DNA of 6,398 bases from Octopus sinensis (GCF_006345805.1 NW_021832720.1:1-6398), one strand, 5' to 3'. Positions 1-6,180 are shown, counted from the stretch's first letter. Notes: generated by a model from the letters alone, not told the origin. Numbers and translations are program-made.

Positions 1-1
1 T

Positions 2-136
2 AAACTCAAAGAACTTACACCTGAGATGTTCAAATGGCTTACTTTCGTACAAGGCCTTACAGCAAGCGGAGATACAGAGATTCGGGCTGGAATTCGTTCT
101 AAATTGGAACAAGAAAACTAAGATCTAACCTTAGAG
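2..136 (+). mobile_element. Decayed Ty3/gypsy (K02A2.6/Mag-like) gag fragment, running off the left edge
   Basis: The frame from nt 2 reads KLKELTPEMFKWLTFVQGLTASGDTEIRAGIRSKLEQEN*DLTLE. This aligns with ELNELTPDMFKCLIFVQALT-SKDADVSSRILIK*EQNE at 1334-1421 plus 1746-1775 and fits the FKCLIFVxGLxxxxDxxIRxRLLxKLE motif I recognise from K02A2.6-like gag proteins. In-frame TAA at 119-121. Confidence 0.8.
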
Positions 137-163
137 TAGGTGGTAGGAGAATGCCAAATGAGG

Positions 164-315
164 GTACGCAACCAGTACTTAATATTTTGACGCCGAAAAT
201 ATGAAAGGCAAAATCGACCTCGGCAGAATTTGAACTCAGAACATAAAAACAGAATGTAAAAAACAGACGCTATACATTTCGCACGGTATGCTATCGTTTC
301 TGCCAGCTCGCCTCA
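164..315 (-). mobile_element. tRNA-derived SINE, 5' head fragment (octopus-type)
   Basis: The reverse complement reads AGGCGAGCTGGCAGAAACGATAGCATACCGTGCGAAATG...TTCTGAGTTCAAATTCTGCCGAGGTCGATTTTGCCTTTCAT...ATTAAGTACTGGTTGCGTAC. It has a Pol III A-box-like TGGCAGAAACGATAG (291-305) and a B-box GAGTTCAAATTC (226-237). It resembles a high-copy octopus SINE head as I recall it; the family is not verified by search. Confidence 0.75.
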
Positions 316-366
316 TTTGTGGTAATATATTGTCAATGAAGTATTATCAGGACTTATCCAACTTAA

Positions 367-439
367 TGATATCCTAAACTGGGCAGGTCATCGATGGTTC
401 CTACCTGAATTTTGTCGGGTATTATTTTCATTCAAATGA
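367..439 (-). pseudogene. Degenerate LRR exon (pseudo-exon) of the minus-strand LRR gene
   Basis: The acceptor is intact (aattaaaattttatattacag|, AG at 441-440). The exon reads T CAT TTG AAT GAA AAT AAT ACC CGA CAA (+1 nt) ATT CAG GTA GGA ACC ATC GAT GAC CTG CCC AGT TTA GGA TAT CA, i.e. HLNENNTRQ/IQVGTIDDLPSLGY. It is 73 nt, the donor is TTAAGT instead of GTAAGT (366-361), and it has 55/73 identities to the exon at 2922-2993 by manual alignment. Confidence 0.85.
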
Positions 440-463
440 CTGTAATATAAAATTTTAATTGAC

Positions 464-555
464 AAGGCGGTGCTCCAGCCCTTAAAGGCGGTGCTCCAGC
501 ATGGCCGCAGTCAAATGACTGAAACAACTAAAAGAGTAAAAAAAAAGAGAGTAAG
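464..555 (+). mobile_element. SINE 3' end fragment with A-rich tail (octopus-type)
   Basis: AAGGCGGTGCTCCAGCATGGCCGCAGTCAAATGACTGAAACAACTAAAAGAGTAAAAAAAAAGAGAGTAAG resembles the 3' end of a high-copy octopus SINE as I recall it. The 16-mer AAGGCGGTGCTCCAGC occurs twice (464-479, 485-500) and an (A)nGAGT-type tail follows. Confidence 0.65.
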
Positions 556-759
556 TGTAGTAGAATTATTCCGTCCACACCCTAGCCCCAAAGTGACGAA
601 GGTGGACTGACAAATTTCTGTTAAATGGACAATTGTCGAATCGTCAGAAATTAGTTGTGAGCAATTGTTTGGAATACATTTCGCTCTGAGCTCTTCACAG
701 AGATCGTTTAACCTTGTGTAACTTGTGTAATAATAATCAAAGTGCGTCGGATGAATACA
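556..759 (+). mobile_element. Probable 5' LTR of the gypsy-like element
   Basis: A 204-bp segment that starts TGTA (556) and ends TACA (759), 15 nt upstream of an ATG (774) leading into gag-like sequence. No matching 3' LTR is present in the window and no clean tRNA primer-binding site is visible. Confidence 0.5.
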
Positions 760-773
760 TCTAGGATTTTAAA

Positions 774-2356
774 ATGGCGTCGATTTGTTCGAAGCTTGCG
801 CTGGACGTTTAGAATGTCTTTTTGCAATATCAAAGAAAAAAATATTATCATGATCTAGCAACTAAAATAACAAGAAAAACAAAGGCAACAACAACAACAA
901 AGCCAATAGTTGTTGGAATTAATGTTGAAGAGGTCGGGAAATACTCCATGGTTTTACTCGCCAGATACGTAGGTAATTCAATTGATGAACTCAGTTATAA
1001 TCTTGAAGAATCAATTACTTTCTCAGCATCATTTCTCAGATACGAAGAAATCTTCAAAGAAGGATGTAAAATTGGTCTTACGAGAAAGAGTACGACTTCT
1101 TTTAAGCAAGTTATTCCCTGCCTTGCCAAACACGAAAAATATAATAATTATATTACGTCGAAGAAAGCAAGTGGGATTTGATTCGAGGAAACAATTCATT
1201 TTTATAGAAAATCTTCTCTGAAAGGAGTTCCCTGTTCAATACTCGCTGACAGTATTTAAATTTGGTTAAAAACGATGATAAGGATTTTGTCAACGATGCT
1301 GAGGTTGTTAACAGAGAGTGTGGTGAAAATTTCGAATTAAATGAATTAACCCCGGATATGTTCAAATGTCTAATTTTTGTTCAAGCGCTAACAAGCAAGG
1401 ATGCAGATGTAAGTTCCCGGATGTTGTGATGCGAGTTACTACACCCTCTTACGAAGAATAGACTGGACTGAGCAATTATAAATAGTAGCAGTCGGAGTGA
1501 AGTTTGTGTGTCAGTTCGCAGTAAAGTCAGAGGTTTGGTAGCTTAGTACCTTTGGAATATTGATTGTTGGTTCGTGAAGAGATTGTTAGTTTGTTATGTT
1601 GTTATTACGACTGCATCGTTATCTTGTTTACTGTTGAAGCACTGGTATAGTGTATATAAACCATCCACCACAATATCGTATCGATATCACGACATTTGCT
1701 GACGGAGGATACAACATCCGGCCATGAGTAACTACGTTACAGCACCGGATATTAATAAAATAAGAACAGAACGAAACAATTAACTCTACAGGCAGTAGCA
1801 GAAGAATGACAGAGGATTGCAAATTTAAGACAATGTACTGATAAAATTGAAAAGATTGCTCGTATATTCGTGCGTAACCGATAAGATAAAAGACCTTTAG
1901 CAGTTAAGATAACAGAAACAAAAAACAATGTCATGACTGAATCCATACAATTGATGCGGACTCTCCGTTTTAAAGTCTAAAATGTTTTGACTGGAAAAAT
2001 CGGAAAAAAATCTCACATTGTAGAGCAAAAGAAAATGGTGGAACGAAGGAAATTTTGGCAAGAGTGTATTGTGAAAAGAAATCCGAGGTGAGCCTCATAA
2101 AAGAAATTATTTTCAGAAAAATGAATAATTTGGCACATAATTTGCATACGAGTAATGATATTACGATAATTAATGCAGATACATGGAGAAAATAAGAAAG
2201 CCCAGATTAAAGGAAACTTCGAAAATTGAACGTGGTGTCCCAAGAAAGATATCATCGCATTTTATGGGCAAAATGGTAAGTAATGGCACAGTTCTTGGAA
2301 AAGCCTTGAAGGCCAACATATGTGCTGAATAATACGACAAATTTAATTGAACAGAC
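774..2356 (+). mobile_element. Decayed Ty3/gypsy (K02A2.6/Mag-like) gag-protease region, interrupted by a solo LTR and truncated before RT
   Basis: Stitching frames gives a Q-rich N-terminus (QQQQQSQ*LLELMLKR, 886-933), then VGNSIDELSYNLEESITFSASFLRYEEIFKEGC, RVRLLLSKL, HEKYNNYI, FEETI, KIFSERSSLFNTR*QYLNLVKNDDKDFVNDAEVVNRECGENFELNELTPDMFKCLIFVQALTSKDADVSSR, [insertion], ILIK*EQ and LTLQAVAEE*QRIANLRQCTDKIE. Two eroded zinc knuckles follow (CHD*...SPF*SLKCFDW...SHCR, 1929-2024). The eroded retropepsin reads LHTSNDITIINADTWRK (2142-2192; the expected motif is LDTGSDITII), then RKPRLKETSKIERGV...LGKALKAN and VLNNTTNL..TD to ~2356. There are many stops and frameshifts. Confidence 0.88.
1422..1744. 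mobile_element. Solo LTR nested inside gag, with a 5-bp target-site duplication CCGGA
   Basis: It starts TGTTGTGATGCGAGTTAC and ends GTAACTACGTTACAGCA (TG...CA, imperfect ~17-bp terminal inverted repeat). CCGGA flanks both sides (1417-1421 and 1745-1749). Removing the insert and one CCGGA rejoins gag (TCC CGG ATA TTA ATA AAA). TATA-like TATAAATAG at 1477-1485. Confidence 0.85.
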
Positions 2357-2510
2357 GAAGAAGTAGGAGGAGGAGCAGGAGAAGAGAAGAAGAAGAAGAA
2401 GAAGAAGAAGAAGAAAGAGAAGAAGAAGAAAGCGAAGAAGAAGAAAAAAGAAGAAGAAAAAGAAGAAAAGAAAAAGGAAAGGAAAATGTAAAAGAAGGAA
2501 AATTGATAAA
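2357..2510. repeat. Purine-rich (GAA)n/(GGA)n microsatellite and low-complexity tract
   Basis: A direct run of GAAGAAGAA with AGG variants. It begins where the protease homology stops. Confidence 0.95.
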
Positions 2511-2921
2511 TGTTGTTAAATATAAAAACATTAATATTAATAACGAACTCTTAAACATGCAATTAGAAGGGCGAGTCATGGATGGTAATCAACGTTGATA
2601 TAGAAATAAACACATTAAATGTCATACATATGGAAACACAAACACAAATCGATACACCCCTATAGATTCGCTCATACAAAAAGAGATGCATATATGTATT
2701 CACGCAGATAGGGAAAATGTTGTACATGTCGATACACATTTATATTCGGACACACTCACAGACATTCATATTTACAGACATTCACAAACAATCACACATT
2801 TCTAAGGATATTGAGAATGTAAAGAGAAGCAAGGATGGCACGCGGTACAAAATGGGAAAATATCAAATATTTGGTAATACATTGTCAATGAAATATAATG
2901 AGTAAAACTTAGTTAACTTAC

Positions 2922-2993
2922 AGAGCTCTTAAACTGAGCAAATCATCGAAAGTTCCTACTTGAATGTTTTCGATATCATTTTCATTCAAAAAT
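2922..2993 (-). CDS. Internal 72-nt phase-2/phase-2 LRR exon of an extracellular-type LRR protein (LGR/GRL101-like receptor is one candidate)
   Basis: Acceptor aatattttatgttatag| (AG at 2995-2994). The exon A TTT TTG AAT GAA AAT GAT ATC GAA AAC ATT CAA GTA GGA ACT TTC GAT GAT TTG CTC AGT TTA AGA GCT CT encodes (L)FLNENDIENIQVGTFDDLLSLRA(L). Donor |gtaagt (2921-2916). It is exactly one 24-aa LRR (LxLxxNxIxxIxxxTFxxLxxLxxL). Confidence 0.92.
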
Positions 2994-3194
2994 CTATAAC
3001 ATAAAATATTAGTTGATATGATTACATAGAGAGCAGACCTACATATATACATAAACACGTTTTCATTTAACATTTCCTCCCAATTGCTGTACACTCATAG
3101 ATCCGAAATCTCAGGAATGGGACCTCGCTCGTATTCAGAGACGTTCACATACAATTCTATAGAAAATATTCGTGATATGATTTTTGCTCAACAA

Positions 3195-3560
3195 TTAAAT
3201 GATGGAAGGGTTGAAAATTAGAAAACTGATGATGATTAGTTTCATGATGATGGTGGTGACGATCATGAAGTTGATGATGTTGATGCTGCTGCTGCTGATG
3301 ATGATGATAATGAAAAGGAAGTGGTAGAGCTGGTGGAGCACGTTGTGATTGTGGTGGTGATGAATAAGGGAATGAGGCAGAGGAAAAGGATAAATGGTTG
3401 TAGTCTTGATGACGAAGATATTATGATGCTGATGAGGAAAAGAAGAAGAAGAAGAAGAAGATGATGATGATGATGATGGTGATGATGTAATGAAAGCTAA
3501 AGAAAAAGTAGACATAGAAGTCGAAGAAAGGAGAATGAAGAGACGAAGAATAAGAAAAAA
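3195..3560. repeat. Degenerate (GAT)n/(GGT)n/(GAA)n low-complexity tract
   Basis: Runs of GATGATGAT, GGTGGTG, GCTGCTGCT and GAAGAAGAA, visible directly. Confidence 0.85.
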
Positions 3561-3565
3561 AAGCG

Positions 3566-3572
3566 CTACTAT

Positions 3573-3625
<53 letters not shown>

Positions 3626-3718
3626 CTACTACTAGTAATGTAGTTGTAGTAGTAAGCATATTAGTAGTAGTAATTCTAGTACTAGCATTAGTAGTAGTAT
3701 TATTAGTAGTAGCAGCAG
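3566..3718. repeat. (ACT)n microsatellite followed by degenerate (AGT)n
   Basis: Near-perfect ACT run at 3566-3633, ACTAGT junction at 3631-3636, then a degenerate AGT run. Confidence 0.9.
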
Positions 3719-3734
3719 CTATTGCTTTGTTTTG

Positions 3735-3896
3735 TATCTATCAATCTATCTGTCTGTGTGTCTGTGTGTCTGTGTGTCTGTCTGTCTATCTATCTATCCA
3801 ACCATCCATCCATCCATCCATCTATCTCTATCTATCTATCTATCTATCTATCTCTCTCTATATATATATATATATATATTTGTATATATATATATT

Positions 3897-3976
<80 letters not shown>
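3735..3976. repeat. Compound microsatellite TCTA/TCTG/TG/TCCA/TC/(TA)n
   Basis: Successive tetra- and dinucleotide arrays ending in a long (TA)n at ~3858-3975. Confidence 0.95.
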
Positions 3977-3977
<1 letters not shown>

Positions 3978-4152
3978 CATGCAATACGTGCTTGCCCTCA
4001 TTTATCACACTCTCACCAATATTCACTTTGGCGAGAAACTGTTAGAAAATGTAAAGGTGAGTGAGGGAGATTAAAATGAAGGCTGTCAACTCATTACGTA
4101 TTTAGCAATATATCGTCAATGAAGTAATATAAAAAAGTATTATTTAACTTAC

Positions 4153-4224
4153 AGAAATGTTAAACTGGAAAGACTTCGGAATGTTTCTACTTTGATTTCT
4201 TTGATCGAATTACCACTCAAATAC
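4153..4224 (-). CDS. Internal 72-nt phase-2/phase-2 LRR exon, upstream of the 2922-2993 exon in the same gene
   Basis: Acceptor tgactcaattttacttcacag| (AG at 4226-4225). The exon G TAT TTG AGT GGT AAT TCG ATC AAA GAA ATC AAA GTA GAA ACA TTC CGA AGT CTT TCC AGT TTA ACA TTT CT encodes YLSGNSIKEIKVETFRSLSSLTF(L). Donor |gtaagt (4152-4147). It splices in frame across a 1159-nt intron to the next exon (CT|A = Leu). Confidence 0.92.
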
Positions 4225-4274
4225 CTGTGAAGTAAAATTGAGTCAAGTAGAATTTGTAACGAAATTATTATTAA

Positions 4275-4820
4275 TGAAGAAACGAAACGAATTCAGGAGA
4301 AACGTGATCTGAATGAAATTTGAGACGACAGACTGAAAAAAGTTTGAAGCTTGGAAAGAGATGGTGAATGAAAAGGAGGAGAATAAAAAGACGTAGAAGG
4401 GAAGGTGGAATTGGGGTTGAATAGGAGAAAGAGAAGAAGGCCCAGGAAAAGAAACAGACAGAAGGACAATAATGGAAACAAGAAGTAAAAAATTGGCTGG
4501 TCGGTTGGAAAGGGAGTGTGAGATGTAAAAGACGATGAAGTGCGGTAAAATGTAAAAGAAGCTAAAAGTAAGAAAGATGTGTAGAAAATAAAGAATAAGC
4601 TGACAGTAAGGAAACAGACGTAAGGTAAATAGCAGAAGTGAAAGAAGTGAAAGAAAAATTAAAGAAGGAATCGAGGAAAAGGAAAGAAGGGAAAGAAAAA
4701 GCGTAAGAAAATGTAGAAAAGTAGGAGAGGAAAAGGAAAAAGAACAACAGCTATAAGAGATGAGAGAAAAGAAGACGAGGAAAAAGAAGAGGTAGTAGAT
4801 AAAGAAGAAAGAAGTAAAAG
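4275..4820. repeat. Long A/G-rich low-complexity tract (pyrimidine-rich on the gene's sense strand)
   Basis: Composition is dominated by AAAG/GAA/GGA runs with no fixed period. Confidence 0.75.
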
Positions 4821-5028
4821 CTAAGTTTGACTTTTTATCGTTTCTCTATTTCATTTGAATTTTGAATAGTTGTGTGTTTGAAATTATTATTATTGTTCGT
4901 ATTATTATTGTTGTAATATTAATATTTATTTATAGTTTCTTGATGGTATTTTTTACGTCCGACGTTTAATTGTTATAAAAGATTTTAACGTTTTCCATAT
5001 TATTTAATTTGAGAATTAATATTGTTAG

Positions 5029-5080
5029 ACTATATATATATATATATTATAATATTAATATATATATATATATATATATT
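5029..5080. repeat. (TA)n microsatellite, left flank of the tandem duplication
   Basis: TATATA runs with short interruptions. Confidence 0.9.
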
Positions 5081-5364
5081 GTCCCGAGGGATATCAAAGA
5101 GGAAAAGGATCCCATCAACTTTAAACAGAGTCTGGATAGATTCCTTCAAAGAATACCAGATAAGCCACCCATAATTGGATACAACTCACCCAACAAGAAC
5201 TCACTACTTGAACAAAACTGGATACAACTCACCCAACAAGAACTCACTACTTGAACAAAACTTGACTTAAACAGGATTCGAATAATCCTATCAGGTGGTG
5301 CTATTAAGTTAGACATGGCCTGGACCAATCTCTGGTCGAAACATATCTAAGTTTATCTAAGTTT
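5078..5364 (+). mobile_element. 5'-truncated non-LTR retrotransposon (CR1/L2-group-like) 3' end, copy 1
   Basis: Translates to IVPRDIKEEKDPINFKQSLDRFLQRIPDKPPIIGYNSPNKNSLLEQN, matching the ...P..I......FK..LD.FL..IPD.P type of LINE ORF2 C-terminus. With one 43-bp duplicate removed the frame ends ...NSLLEQNLT*. It is followed by a ~90-nt 3' UTR and a (TATCTAAGTT)2 tail at 5344-5363. The clade assignment is from recall. Confidence 0.72.
5176..5261 (+). repeat. Perfect 2 x 43-bp direct tandem repeat inside the LINE fragment
   Basis: TGGATACAACTCACCCAACAAGAACTCACTACTTGAACAAAAC at 5176-5218 and 5219-5261. It recurs with small differences at 5748-5833. Confidence 0.97.
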
Positions 5365-5558
5365 ATATATATTTATCAATGAGGGTGAAAAATTGATATT
5401 AATTTAATAATACCATTAATTTAACACCAAGTGGCTTAGCACAAATAACTAGGGAGATAATACAAATTTATACATAAATTATTAGAGAGTTACCACTATG
5501 TGGATAGCTCTAGTGCTAAAAATAGCTCCGTTAGTATAGCCACAGAAAAGATGTTTCC

Positions 5559-5652
5559 ATATATATATATATATATATATATATTGTGTGTGTGTGTGTG
5601 TTGTGTATGTATATATATATAGTATATATATTATATATATTATATATATATT
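5559..5652. repeat. (TA)n(TG)n(TA)n spacer between the duplicated units
   Basis: Directly visible dinucleotide arrays. Confidence 0.9.
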
Positions 5653-5935
5653 GTCCCGAGGGATATCAAAGAGGAAAAGGATCCCATCAACTTTAAACAG
5701 AGTCTGGATAGATTCCTTCAAAGAATACCAGATAAGCCACCCATAATTGGATACACCTCACCCAACAAGAACTCACTACTTGAACAAAACTGGATACAAC
5801 TCACCCAACCAAGACTCACTACTTGAACAAAACTTGACTTAACAGGATTCGAATAATCCTATCAGGTGGTGCTATTAAGTTAGACATGGCCTGGACCAAT
5901 CTCTGGTCGAAACATATCTAAGTTTATCTAAGTTT
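5650..5935 (+). mobile_element. LINE 3' end, copy 2 (within the duplicated unit)
   Basis: Same sequence as 5078-5364 apart from three small differences. Confidence 0.72.
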
Positions 5936-6129
5936 ATATATATTTATCAATGAGGGTGAAAAATTGATATTAATTTAATAATACCATTAATTTAACACCA
6001 AGTGGCTTAGCACAAATAACTAGGGAGATAATACAAATTTATACATAAATTATTAGAGAGTTACCACTATGTGGATAGCTCTAGTGCTAAAAATAGCTCC
6101 GTTAGTATAGCCACAGAAAAGATGTTTCC

Positions 6130-6177
<48 letters not shown>

Positions 6178-6180
6178 ATG

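Larger units (their letters stand above)
5079..6131 (+). repeat. Near-identical tandem duplication: ~480-bp unique units (5079-5560 and 5651-6131), period ~572 bp, separated by TA/TG repeats
   Basis: The offset is 572 at the start (g5081/g5653) and 571 at the end (c5558/c6129). Differences occur at only three sites (5184 vs 5756; 5238-5242 vs 5810-5814; TTAAAC vs TTAAC). Confidence 0.97.

Noticed and set aside
226-305. A-box/B-box region as a tRNA gene
   Set aside because: No cloverleaf or anticodon arm can be formed, and the sequence continues into SINE body, so it is a tRNA-derived SINE head.
324-343. Conserved intronic 20-mer as a branch point (contains TTGAC on the sense strand)
   Set aside because: It lies about 25-45 nt after the donor with no conserved polypyrimidine tract and AG downstream, so it is in the wrong position for a branch site.
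822-1221. ORFs 822..1181 and 982..1221 as genes
   Set aside because: They are alternating-frame pieces of one frameshifted gag relic; the homology hops between frames and there is no intact product.
1422-1744. Insert as the 3' LTR of the 556-2356 element
   Set aside because: It does not align with the putative 5' LTR (556-759), lies in the middle of gag, and has its own TSD.
2343-2598. Poly-Glu/Arg and poly-Ser/Leu ORFs
   Set aside because: Translations of a GAA/AGG microsatellite with no domain signal.
3090-3170. Possible extra minus-strand exon after the acceptor-like aatattttctatag (AG at 3158-3157)
   Set aside because: All three frames hit a stop within about 20 codons, there is no LRR pattern, and no donor lies at 72 nt.
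3195-4074. Four ORFs of 107-194 aa with poly-T, poly-V and IY repeats, some looking like transmembrane proteins
   Set aside because: Stop-free readings of ACT, TCTA and TA microsatellites inside a 1159-nt intron.
5176-5833. 43-bp repeats as a CRISPR-like array
   Set aside because: The repeats are directly adjacent with no spacers, lie inside a LINE coding remnant, and the context is eukaryotic with no cas genes.
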